A stretch of 61,775 nt of DNA, from contig JAAILG010001801.1 in assembly GCA_012026655.1 (NCBI GenBank), positions 1-61,775 of the forward strand, written 5' to 3'. The notes beneath the pieces are model-generated. The model did no database searches and was not told where the DNA came from. It saw only the letters and a list, made by a program, of their open reading frames with translations. This DNA comes from Hydrolagus affinis (lineage: Eukaryota). Below, piece after piece: positions 1-11,745 of the stretch; positions within the stretch are counted from its first letter, which is position 1; the number at the start of each line of letters is the position of its first letter. Both the position numbers and the translations under genes were made by a program.

Positions 1-300
1 GTGGTAGAGGGAGGGAGGGAGGGAATTCCAGAGGTTAGGGAGTGGGGGTTAGGGAGCTGGTAGAGTTGTCGGGTAGGAGAAGATCCGAGAGAAAAGGAAG
101 TGCCTGGGAGTGGATGGATTTGTAGGTAAGTGAGGAAGTTTAAATCAATCCACTGAGAGCCAGTGGAGTCTGACCAAGATGGACGGTGACTGGGGTGATG
201 GGTGGTTGAGGATGTCTGCCGTGATGTTTTAGATGATTTCCAGCTTGTCAATGATGGAACGAGGGAGACAAGCAAGGATTGGAAAAGTCTATAACCAAGA
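1..300 (-). mobile_element. L2 LINE fragment
   Basis: GAGCCAGTGGAG (reverse of LHWL) and purine-rich L2 signature; similar tails at ~1212-1445 (-) and ~3775-3957 (+). Confidence 0.65.
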
Positions 301-980
301 TGTTACAAGTTATACCATTATGTTATGGATGTGTTGCAAGGTTGCAAAATAATTGAGTATTTGCAAACTTGAAAGGTGTATGTATCTGCCTGTTGTTGTC
401 AGACCGTCTCCTTGTGAATCCATTGATCTTAACTGTGGCTGAACTGTGTTTTTTTAAAAAAAAATGTACTTCACCTTAACTCTGTTTTATTTTGGGAAAG
501 CAAGAACAATCAAATTTTTAATAAGTTCTATTCAAAACAAGAGCAAATATCAGACCTTCAGCTGTGAATGTTGTCCCTGGTCCACTTCAGGGCTTTTTTT
601 TTTAAAAGGTGGAAGAAAGTCCCAAATGTTATAAATCATTGAAGAAAATTGTTTAATCTGAATCCTTTGTGGCATTACAGCTTTTTGAGTAAACATATAA
701 TTTGAATTTTATTAATATGCTGTAGTACACTTTAAGGCTGTTTTTAAATACAGTGTAGTGTGTTGTGTAATTGCATATATTATGAGTTTCACTGGGATTG
801 TGAGATCTTCCTGCTGCAATTTCCTCAGTAATACATGCTAGCTTCTCCCTTTAGAAATGGTTGAAGTCACGATAGATATGATTCTGCTTTAGTATTCAAA
901 CTTTCCAATGCAGTGAGATCGATGTATTTTTACTGGCTGTGAGAGGCAGTTAACATGTGTAACTGGACAATTTGATTTCC

Positions 981-1038
981 TAGTTATAATTCTTTATAGT
1001 TATAATACTAGTTATAATTCTACCAGTTATAATTCTTT
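981..1038. repeat. Short degenerate tandem repeat, 4 x AGTTATAAT(TC)
   Basis: Copies at 982, 998, 1010, 1025. Confidence 0.8.
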
Positions 1039-1863
1039 GATATATTGTAGAATAGTTAATTTTGAGGATTGTTTTTAATTCTAACAGTGGTGTTTTGTGA
1101 TTGTCTCAATTGTTTAAATCATGGGTTTAATTATCAATAAAATTAAACTGTTGATATCCTAATGTACAATGGAACCAGATCAGTTCAAGATCAGAGTTGC
1201 ACTGTAGGATATAACCACAAAATAACATTGGTGTAGCATCTTTCATGTCGGGAGGACGTCCCAAGGGACTGGACAGTCAGTGTTTTGGATCCAAGCTGGG
1301 GTGAGGATCAGGGAGGGTGGAGGGAAGGGAGGGGAAGGGGTTGGTCGAAGAGGAGGGTCTTGAGGTGGGACTTGAAGGAGCTAGGGAGGGGGTGAAGCAA
1401 AGGGATTGAGGGATGGAATTCCGAAGGTTGGAGTGGCAGAAGGGTGTAGTTTGTTTTACACTTATTTTGATAAATCAAAGTATCCCATTGTGCATTTTAT
1501 CAATTGGGTTTTAGTGTCTCTTATTTATTAACCTATATCTAATGTTGTTTACTAACGTGCTATATCAGCAATTCCAGCAAATACACAAATAACATACTGT
1601 ATTTGCTGGTTTTGTTTAGACAGTACAACAGGCAAGAATGAACACAGAAATGTACAAGTTACATTCTCTATATTAATAACTTGCTGCATGGATTTGAATA
1701 CTGAAGTCTGTGATGCGACAGCAAAATGAGCATTAGTTCCTAAGGTTTTAGAGGAATGCATTTAGAGTGGATGTTTCAATGTGCAAACTAATTAGAAGAG
1801 ATGCAGGTGTTCAAACGTGTTTCCTTAATATGGAATCATAAAATGTCTACACAAAAATAAGTA

Positions 1864-2078
1864 CAGTAAAAGCCCGTTTATCCGGCACCCTCAGGACCAG
1901 GCCAATGCCGGTTAAAGCGTGTGTCGCATATTCGTCCGAAAACGCAACCAAAAAAAACAAAAAAAAATTCAATGCATTTTTCCGGATAAATTCCGGTTAA
2001 TTGAATGCGGACCTTTGTTTTCTGCCGGTTATACGGGAGTTACGGTTGATCGGGTGCCGGATAAACGGGCTTTTGCTG
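1864..2078. mobile_element. Tc1/mariner-pogo (Tigger-like) MITE, copy 1
   Basis: TIRs CAGTAAAAGCCCGTTTATCCGGCACCC / GGGTGCCGGATAAACGGGCTTTTGCTG; TA target duplication on both sides. Confidence 0.88.
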
Positions 2079-2472
2079 TAGTACTATCTACTGAGATGTA
2101 GGTTTAAAGTGGCCAAGTTGGTTAACCCATAATTCTTTATAGCATCAGACAGGAGATCTTCATCCACTGTGTAGCCTCTGTTCACATCTCACGTGTTGGG
2201 ATCAGAGGAAATCTCGTGAAAAGCAGCTGAAATCAATTTCCATCTCAAGGTTAATTAATTTATTTCACACATTCTATTAATATTACATGTGGGAATAAAT
2301 TCAGATGTTTTATTTTCTCTCAATAATCTTTTCTGCTTGGGTTGATTGCAGCTGTAGAAAGAGTGTGGAGAAACATGATGTAAATTAAAGATGTTAAATA
2401 CCCTTTTAATCTGCATGTATCCTAGTAATGTCTTAAATCAGAGTTTAGTGAAAATTCTCCTCTTTCCTCCAG

Positions 2473-2552
2473 ACATTTTGTGCCTAACATCACATTTGGT
2501 CATCCTGTGGTGGAGAGTCTCCGGAAGCAGTTGGGACTGGATCCGTTCTTTG
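2473..2552 (+). CDS. RPE: RPE exon 2 (80 nt)
   Basis: cctccag|A CAT TTT GTG CCT AAC...TTC TTT G|gtaag; [26 protein letters not shown]; missed by ORF track. Confidence 0.95.
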
Positions 2553-5500
2553 GTAAGAACTTGAGCACCTCAGCAATATAATTGATTGGTTGTGAAGCAC
2601 TTTGGCTTTAAAGGAAAAGTACTCCCTTGCAGCTGGTGGGTACTTTTGCTTTAAAATACTTATTCTCAGAATGACAAATGCAAAGTTTCCCGGGGTGCAG
2701 GTGCAGGATTCAGGGCTATGATTTGATTTGTGGTTCGTAAGGGAAATGGCAGCAGGACAGGAGGGGTGGGAGGGCTCCAGCCTATATTGCCAGACTTGTT
2801 TGTATGCGGCTTTCAGTTCAGTAATTGTTGCCAAGCAAGTCAAGTGGCTTGTATTGAACGTCATGGTGGCTGGTGTGGTGTAACCTAATCTGAACATACC
2901 TTGTCAGCATGCTAAAGGTAGATTTTCATCAACAGGCTGAAGGATAAATTAATGCTTGGGACGATAGGATGGAAGGCATGACCTGGATTGTGGGTTCACA
3001 AACATACTCAGAATTTGGTAGCTACCCTAGAAGATATGCAGAGAGATAAGCAAGTACAATACTACACTATTTATTGAAGCTTTGTAGCAGTGGAGCAGTG
3101 AGTGGATTGCAATGATTCTCATGGCTGGGATCTAGAGAAAGGTGGGAATACGCTCACACACTTTATATTGATTTGTGTTACCAATTTGTTAGCGATCGTG
3201 CTGCTGTCTGTCTGTAATAAGAGCTCAACCCTGTTGTCTGGCCGTTCTGTATGATGTTGGGTGGGAGATAAGAATGGAGTTCTGAGGTTAAAATGGCTCT
3301 TAGATTCACATCTCATGACGGGAATAGGCAGCGAATTTAGTAATAACCTTGTCAGACATGTCTGCTGTTCTCCAGGTTGCTGGTAATTTGTTGACTGTAT
3401 CAAAGAGATTTGGGGGAGTAGGCCAGATAACTTTGTAACCCAATAGTCAGAATAATTGCCTGGAAGTTTATCAGTTCTTTGTGCTTGTTTCTTGCTCCAC
3501 GTTGCACCAACCCACATTTTAGTTGGGATCTGTGCCAAGGTGTTAGAGAAAATGTTGTACATCTTAAATAAAAACAGATGTAGATACTTTAAAAATTCGG
3601 AATATTTTCACAGGTGCTAGCACTTGCTGAGGTTTTTCAGTGTTGTGTTTCCTTCCGTGTTCACTGGACCTATCTAGATGTTCACTGTATCCCCTCCTGT
3701 TTTTGGCAGAAGATTGCAAAGAGTCTTGTGAATGCCAGATTTGCAAGCTGATTTGATTTTCTCTTGTATTCTCTTGTCTTTTTCAAGCCGCATCTAAAGT
3801 CCTTCCTCTTTGACCACTCACCCACTTCCAGCCCCCTGCCCTCCAGGCCCTACTGACTCCAACTCCCATTTGGGTCCAAAATGTTCTGAGTGTCCAGTGC
3901 CCTAGGACTTCTTTCCGACGTGAAGGGCGCTGTACAAGTGTAATTTGTTGTTGCTGTTACCTATTTGATATACTGTACTAGTTTGAACGTGTGCACAGAA
4001 TGACTTTGTACAAATTATGATTAATCTTTTATTATCTGCGTCTTACTTAGCTTCATGCTGTTTGGTGGCATGTTTACTGACAAGGTGTAAATTTAAATAT
4101 TGATTGACCTTCTGTTTTTATGGCAGGAGAGAAAGAAAAGGGGGGAGAGGAGAGCTAAAGGGAGTCAACTCTAGATGGCGTTTTAGTCATCTGGTAACCT
4201 TGTCAGCCAGGTCTGCAATCTGCCTGTTGTCAGAGAGATTTGGAGGAATAGGCATGTTTAGTCTAGTTTGCTGTACACTAGGGTCCGTCGATATGGAAAT
4301 TTTCCGATTTAGATATATCGATGGGCTCATATCGAGATATACCGAAATATTGATATTTTCGATACTTTTCGTACTGCGCATGCACGCGTGGTGCATGTTT
4401 ATCTCCTCAGGAGGTAAATATCTTTCTCTGTATCTCTCACACTCACTCTCTCCATCTCTGTGTTTTTCTATCTGTGTCTCTGTGTCTCTCTCCTCTCTCA
4501 CATCCCCCCCATCTCTATCTATCTGTATATTATCACATCCACCCCGTCTCTCCCCCCCACCCCCGCCGCCGTCCCTCTCCCCCCCCCCCCCACCCCTTGC
4601 ATACCTTGCATATGAAAATTATATCGGGTTTTAGCGATATATCGATATATCGCTGGACCCTACTGTACACATATCAAGTGCCCAATCTCATCTATTTATT
4701 TGATTGGAAAAAAATACTGTCACAAAGTCCAGAAAATGTTGAATCCTCCACATCAATGCATGTAATATTGTATTGTAAAAATTACATGTTTTAATTCCAA
4801 TATTATTACAAGGGGATTGTGTTTTGGGAATTCTGAATTCTCCTTCAGCTGAAAACACATCTTCAAATCATGAACTTTCAGGTTACTGTCTCGTTGCTCT
4901 TTGCATTGTATAGATGTTGTATTGGAACTGAGAGAAATTGGGCATTGGTAATTATAATTAATCTCTTGTATAATATGGGAACTCTGCACTATAGTTATTT
5001 TAATATACAAGGGCAGGTGTGATGCATCCTTTGTAGAACATTGGGATGTTTTCCCAACTTGATGGGAAAGCCTGATTCATTTGGTAGTTATCTGATCTCT
5101 CGGTCAGAAGGTTGTGAGATCAAGCCCAACATTAAGACTTTTAGCTTGATAGTCCTGGAGGAGTGCTGTATGGTCAGAGATGACGTTGTTTGGATACAGC
5201 ATTAAACAAAGGTCCATCCGTCTGTTTAGGTTGATACTAAAGTGTCCATAGCACTGTTGGGAAAGGGGAAGGGAATTTGTCCAGATCCTCCAGACAAAAT
5301 TCACATCATGGATGTTTGTGTGCCATTGCTGTGTGCAGATTGGCTGCTAGTTTTGCCTGTTGTTATATTTTGCAGAAACTTTGACATACTGGATGCTGCA
5401 TCTAATATAATAATAATTATTATTGAATATAAAGATTATTTTTATTTATTTGTAAAACCTAGAATTGAATTGAAATTTGTAGATTTTTTTTAAATTGCTG

Positions 5501-8500
5501 TCCTTCGCTCACAGAAACCACTGTTGTGTTGGGTTTTAAGTTCCCATGGATACTGGCTGCTCCCCAATATCTTGCCTAAGTGGCCATTTTTCATGTCTTA
5601 TCCTTGGTGCCAAGTATTTAACCTGGCGGGCACCAAAGCCAATCCTCACACAATTCATTCACACTCACGCTTTTGAGCAGAGTCTTAGGACACCAATTGA
5701 AATCCCTAGTGAACTCCTCATTCCCCTCCTTTCTCTTCTACTCTGAGGTGAGTGCTGAAGCCAATTGTATTGGGCCAAGTTTCAGATTGTAATCTTTCAA
5801 AAAGTGCAGTACCACTTGTGGTTTGCTTTTCATGCAGACATGCACATGATGGTTTCTAAGCCAGAGCAATGGGTGAAGCCAATAGCAGTGGCTGGTGGCA
5901 ATCAGTACACATTCCATCTGGAAGCAACAAATAATGCAGGAGCGCTCATCAAAGATATCCGAGAAAATGGCATGAAGGTAAGTGACTGGGCATTATTGTG
6001 TGTACATTATATTGTAGACTAAAGTTTAAAATGATTCTCCAAGCTTTCATTAAATGCAAGTTGAAGTGTGTATGACATATTAATTTCCTACTGTAATGGG
6101 TTTTCCATGCACCATAGCCATAGATAGAAATTGATGTTGCACATTTTTCAAGTTAAAACCATTTACTCAGGAATATAATTAGATGTTTTTTGTGATGATC
6201 TATTTATGGTAGCAAGCTATTATATCATAATATATTTCTATAAAACTTGCATGTGTGTGTGTATATAAATATATGTGTATATAAATATATATATTTATAT
6301 ACACATATATGTAACCCATGGTAGGTTGCTTAAAAGTGAATTAACACTGTTATGACAGATTTAAGCGTAGTTAATAAATTGTTTTGGAATAAAAAGTATG
6401 AAAACTGTTAAGATTGCTAATATTTTTTACTGGATTGGTGTGTACTGATTGCCTTTCCTTCACTGTGAATTTTATGCATCTATTGTGTTAACCTTGCCAA
6501 TATCTACTTGTGTGGAGTCACAGTAGATACACATTTTTGAAGTTGTTTCCAAAACCCAGTGATGAGGTTTCTGGGTCAGTTTGTGAGTGTGGAATTCTTT
6601 TTCTGGCAAAACAAAGTTGAGATTCTACATAGCTAAGGCTGAGATGAACAAACTGTTTAGATGGAATGTTTCCTTTTTATATCCATGTCATTGGCCTCCT
6701 CACATAGCTGCTCTGATGTACTTGTTGTGTAGAAAACTGGTTATCAATTTGTACTTTTTGGTAATTGTCTATTATGTTTGCTTCAATCTGACGCATAACT
6801 GAAATGTTATCGGTTAAGACAAGCATTTTAAGGAACTATAAATAAATTGAGGAAAATGTCTCAAAATCTCTAAATTGAGGAATGCTGTATGTTCAAACAT
6901 ACAGTGAACAGAATTGTACAATAAACTTGGGTAGAAATGGGTTCAATGTTGAAGCTTCCAAAATTAATTTCAGATGTTTCAGCTGGCAAACAATGGACTT
7001 GAGTGATTGCTCCATTCTGGTCTGATTTCTCCACTGAAGTGGCAGTGTTGACCCTGTGCAGTTAAACCTTTCCTCAGCCTTTTCTTGGACTACGACATAG
7101 GAACACTGGTAACTGAGCAAGATTTGGAAATGGGAATCAAGAGTTGTATGATAAGAGGAGAGTAGTTCAATGTCTTCTTCCTCTCCAGGTGGGTTTGGCA
7201 ATTAAACCAGGAACCTCTGTGGAAGAGTTGGCTCCTTGGGCTAATCAGATTGACATGGCCCTCGTGATGACTGTGGAGCCTGGGTTTGGAGGTCAGACAT
7301 TTATGGATGACATGATGCCAAAGGTAATGCAAAAGCGGGTTTCGTACACTTCTGTCTCGGAACTCCTTACATCAGCTTTAATCCAAAAATCTACATTTAT
7401 TCAGCTATCCCTCTCTCTCCCCATCAATAAATACAGTTCCAAACCTAAAGAAGCAACTTATATTATTGATATGGGTTTTAAAGCCGTAAAGGTTTTTTCA
7501 CGACAACATTCATACATAAATCTAGGAGAATATAACTTTGCTCTTGTTTTCCACTGCAGGAGATGTTGCAGCAGTTCTAAAATTCATATTATCTGTAATA
7601 CTATCTACAGTAAAAGCCCGTTTATCCGGCACCCTCGGGACCTGGCCAATGCCAGTTAAACACAAAAAAAAACATTTTAATGCATTTTTCTAGATAAATT
7701 CCGGTTAATCGAATGCGGACCTTTTCTTTGAGGTGCCGATTATACGCAAATTATAGTTGATCGGGTGCCGGATGAACAGGCTTTTACTGTATATAGAACT
7801 GTAACAAGTATTTGCTTTTGTGGGTGACTCCTCTCTGGGTATTTTATGTATTGCCTCTATAATAGACTTGGACACATCAAGTTATTTGAAATGGGGATTG
7901 CTGTACTGTGCTGTGCATCAACAGGAAGGACTTTTTTTTAAAAAGTTATTGTTTCATTGATTTCTCAATTCTGTAATATAAATTTATTTTTGTATTACAA
8001 AAGTAATACAAAATGTGCACAGTGCTAAACAAATGCAATTTTGTATTGTATTTTCAATTGTGATGATTAATTTCATATTTCATATCAAAACATTAGGTGT
8101 TTATATATGAGTGTCATGCAGATGCCACTCATTTTTGATATTTAGTGTAGGTTCCCTTTCACTTGCATTGTGATAATTAGTCATAGTGCTTAGTGTAGTT
8201 GAAGCTTATGAATCTTGATAAGACTGTTGCCGTTAAAATGCATTAAAAAAAAGTAAAAGATTGTGCCGTAGAAGTGTGGCCTGAGATTTGTGGAGAAATG
8301 AAAAATGTGGAGCACAGGCTCTAGGTTCTGTTTGGACTTGATCTTCTACTCTTTTCCAGTGTTGCGAAATATTGTGGTGTGGCTCCTCCAGTAGTTAAGT
8401 TTATCATACAACATGATTGACCCCAAAGCAGCAAGTTGCTGAGCTGAACTGTATTCCAGTGTACTGTTCGTGTATAGAATTTGTGAGACAAAATATTTAG

Positions 8501-9824
8501 TTAGTTTCCTTGTTCATTAAATGCCTTTATTATCCAATCCACTGTGAAATGTTTAAAGATATCAGGACATTTTTTGAATTCTTAGCTACTTTTCTATCAA
8601 ATATTTTTCTCTTTAATTTTCTATGCTGCCAGAATTTTTTTTAATGGTTTTAGAACAAACACTATAAGCTAGTTATCTTATTGATTCAATGACCACAATG
8701 GTTGATTATGTATGTTAGTTATTTCTTCTAGTTGAATTGTGAAATAATTTAGTTCTTGATTGTTCCCTTTTGAATGAATTGAGGAGTGTGAGAACTTAAC
8801 ACAGCAACTTTTGTTTCAGGTGCAGTGGTTGAGAACCCAGTTTCCTTCTTTGGATATTGAAGTTGATGGAGGTGTGGGACCAGATACTATACATAAATGT
8901 GTAGAGGTACTAAAAACTCAACCACAATCTTAATAATACTGCAATAAGATTGCCAAATCTGAAATTCTGAATTCTGTAATGCTACTGCAATCTAACTAAA
9001 TAGATCTAGTTCTGCATACAAAGGGAATTTAAAAAGACATTTTATGTAATGCATTACATAATCGCTGTGTATGTCATTCTCACATCGTCCTAATTATCAG
9101 TTGCCTCTAGCACAAACAAAATTCTTAGGCCAATAATTCAAAGCACTAAATTGGATCCTTTACAAGGATCCTTTACAAGCAGTTTGGATTTGTGTGCCCA
9201 GACTTTGATTCCAGTTTGTGTACCTTTGATTCCAGTTTTACCTTTCAGATGAAAGCACCTGCTTCAAAGAAAAAAAATCATTTATTTCATTAAGATTATG
9301 ATGAACAGGTTGATCTATGACATTTATGTGCAAGAATTTCAATTGTTGCATTCTTTTTTGACTTAAGAAAGCATAAAGCCTAGGAAAAAGTTGGAACTGA
9401 TAATTTGTATCACTGATATTTATAGTCTTCTCTAAATGTGGGTTAGGGTGCTCCATCAATCACAATGTAAGGCCAAATAAGGCTGAACGGATGGAGCCCT
9501 TAAATGATGTCCTGCCCAATTTCTAAAGTATGCTTAATATTTCCCTTTATTGCTTTGAATATTTTTTCAGTGTAATATGTAGTGATAATGCAAGTTTTTT
9601 TTAAAAAAAATTCAACCAGCCACAGTATTAACTATATATATCTTTGGATAAACGAGGTTGACTTTTGTGTGGTATTAAAATCAAGTATGGAATTCTTTCA
9701 GGCAGGGGCAAACATGATTGTGTCTGGCAGTGCAATAATGAAAAGCGCTGATCCCAGATCCGTGATGAACCTTCTCCGCAATGCATGTATGGAAGCTATT
9801 CAGAAGCGTTGTCTGGACAGGTGA
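2473..9824 (+). CDS. RPE: Ribulose-5-phosphate 3-epimerase, 5'-partial gene: join(2473..2552,5838..5977,7189..7323,8820..8906,9702..9824); exon 1 lies upstream of the window
   Basis: Spliced translation [21 protein letters not shown]...TFHLEA...[11 protein letters not shown]...IEVDGG...[11 protein letters not shown]...KRCLDR* matches vertebrate RPE; all introns GT-AG with consistent phases. Confidence 0.97.
4279..4662. mobile_element. hAT-superfamily non-autonomous element (MITE)
   Basis: TIRs TAGGGTCCGTCGATAT / ATATCGCTGGACCCTA; perfect 8-bp TSD CTGTACAC (4271-4278 and 4663-4670); subterminal CGATAT/ATATCG arrays. Confidence 0.88.
5075..5410 (+). mobile_element. Old SacSINE1/DeuSINE-like element
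   Basis: TCAGAAGGTTGTG..ATCAAGCCC head, GGAGTGCTG..TTAAAC..GGTCC Deu domain, TTGCTGTGTGCAGATTGGCTGC. Confidence 0.65.
5838..5977 (+). CDS. RPE: RPE exon 3 (140 nt)
   Basis: tgcag|AC ATG CAC...ATG AAG|gtaagt; [47 protein letters not shown]. Confidence 0.96.
6269..6310. repeat. Perfect 42-bp AT-rich palindrome
   Basis: ATATATGTGTATATAAATATA|TATATTTATATACACATATAT. Confidence 0.85.
7189..7323 (+). CDS. RPE: RPE exon 4 (135 nt)
   Basis: ctccag|GTG GGT TTG...CCA AAG|gtaat; [45 protein letters not shown]. Confidence 0.96.
7608..7789. mobile_element. Same MITE family, copy 2 (internally deleted)
   Basis: Same TIRs and internal GATAAATTCCGGTTAAT..AATGCGGACC; TA TSD. Confidence 0.88.
8820..8906 (+). 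CDS. RPE: RPE exon 5 (87 nt)
   Basis: tttcag|GTG CAG TGG...GTA GAG|gtac; [29 protein letters not shown]. Confidence 0.95.
9702..9824 (+). CDS. RPE: RPE exon 6, coding part to TGA
   Basis: tttcag|GCA GGG GCA AAC ATG...GAC AGG TGA; [40 protein letters not shown]. Confidence 0.96.
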   Translation, partial: AGANMIVSGSAIMKSADPRSVMNLLRNACMEAIQKRCLDR

Positions 9825-10102
9825 AACACCCAACAGTATGTTCACCTTACTGTGCCTGCTGTTAACCTACAGTACAGTGGATATGGACTTAACAAGATAA
9901 ATATTGTTTAAATTGCTATAATGACCAAATAATATGGCAATATTATCTGCAATGTACTGTTTGGAACAGTACAAAAGTAATGGATTATTGTATGGATATT
10001 TTGATTCATTTGCAAGACACCTTGAATATAGTTGATACTGCATTCATTTCTATACTTAGTCGTTTTCTCTTCACCTCCCACCCCTCAATTTTCAGTGTCC
10101 TG

Positions 10103-10878
10103 AATAAAGATTTATCTATGGCAAAATATTACAAGCAAGGCATGTTTATTACATGTAAAATGTATGAAGTGAAAATAATTTTAACCAAGCTTTCTTCCAC
10201 TTATTCTGGGTTTATATCTTATGTTTCAACAGAAAGGATAGCTGTTCTAACTTGTGTTAACGCTCATCTCTTAAATAAATCTACCTCATTTGGGGAGAAA
10301 AGATAACCTTTGCATTTGATAGAGCACCTTTTGCATAAGGCTAAGGCCTCACAGGATTTACCATAGAGTGTAGTAACTGTTATATCTTGTAGAGAAAAGC
10401 AATCAAGTCAATACTTGACTAAAATTAAGTTTCACGCTTGTGAGTTTGTTTCTGATGGTTATGTTGGGAGCACAAGCACTTAAATGTCAGAATGTAAATA
10501 ATGTTTTTAAGAAGTATTAGCTCTAATTAAAGAATAAGTGACTGTTCTTACAAATGTAATATTAAGTTAGTTCCCCAGTAATCAGTAAGGTTCCCTGACA
10601 GCAGATACAGTTGATTCTGTGAACCTTAGGAGTTATAATCTCATGTAAAGTATGTCTGAAATAGAAAACGTGCAATAGCTATTTGGATCCCATCCACATG
10701 CCTTACATATTTTAGAAAATAATCTTTCCTAAATACCTTTAGCCATCATTTGAGTTTCCCTGAGTAATGTTACCTTGGTTTTTAGATTCAACATTTTCCT
10801 TTGAGGCTTTATATTGCCGTTTTGAGTTGCTTGCCTGAAAACATCTGACCAGTTTTAGATATATTGACTAGCAATAAA
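10103..10878 (+). terminator. Candidate RPE polyadenylation signals (AATAAA at 10103, 10274, 10873)
   Basis: Canonical hexamers downstream of the RPE stop; which one is used cannot be told from sequence. Confidence 0.35.
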
Positions 10879-10919
10879 AATATTGTGATGCGAATTAAGA
10901 TTATTTGATTATTCAATCT

Positions 10920-11745
10920 CAACAACAACTTGGGTTTATATAGCATCCCTCCATGCCAGGCGGCATCTTAAGAGTGCTTCACAATAACAGATCCCGGGCC
11001 AAGTCGGGGAGGGTTAGGACTAAGGATAGAATAAGGTGACCAAAAGCACGGTCAAAAAGATAATTGTTTGCAATAAGTAATCAAAAGCAGTAACCAGTGC
11101 TGTTTGTAGTCAAATTGTTGATTTTGAAAGAACTGTGTGTGTTGTGGATCTGAAAAATGGCTGTTTAAGGTAGGGAGGTGTGAGGGCATGAAAGAATTTG
11201 AAAACGAGTGGGGATCTTGAAATCGATCTGTTGGTAAACTAGGAGCAGGTGGAGCTTGGCAAGGACTGGTGTGTTAGGGGTATGGAGGTTTGAGCAGGTG
11301 AGTATCAGATTAATTGAATTTTTGTGTATTGTGGTGCTAGGGACACCAGCGAGAAGAACGTTGGAATAGTCCAGCCTGGAAGTGATAAAGACGTGGACTT
11401 AAGTTTCAGCTGTGTTGGTCATGAGGCGGGCAATGCGATTGAGGTGGAAAAAGCGGTTCTGTTTAGGGAGCAGATTGGGGTAGAAAGGAAAGCTAGGGAT
11501 CGAACCTGATGCCTAAGTTTCATACAGGTTAGGAGAGTGAAGGAGAGACCTAGGAGATTGAGGAGTTCAGACCCACAGGCACCAAAGAGTACGTCTTCTG
11601 TCTTGCTAACATTCAGCTGCAGGAAATTTGCGCTCATCTAGGCCTTGATGTTTGACAAACAAACCGACAGGACATCGGCGGATTGGGAGTCACCACCTAT
11701 ATGTGAAAGTTCACCCTATGTCTGCAGATGACATAATCAATAGGG
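10920..11745 (-). mobile_element. L2 LINE fragments (3' tail 10920-11060; RT C-terminal part 11160-11745)
   Basis: [14 protein letters not shown]; ATAGTCCAGCCTGGAAGTGATAAAG (reverse of FITSRLDY). Confidence 0.78.

Noticed and set aside
981-1038. CRISPR-like repeat array
   Set aside because: Vertebrate intron, 9-12 bp units with no unique spacers; simple slippage repeat
1-2472. RPE exon 1 / promoter
   Set aside because: No KIGPSILNSD-like coding sequence or CpG island is visible; it must lie upstream of the window
2600-3750. ORFs of 135 and 147 aa and a possible CR1 ORF1 motif (KFPGVQVQD)
   Set aside because: A single weak motif with stops nearby; possibly an old repeat, but I cannot assign it
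4104-4794. 176-aa, 104-aa and 106-aa ORFs with poly-Pro
   Set aside because: They are translations of the hAT MITE's CT/C-rich interior
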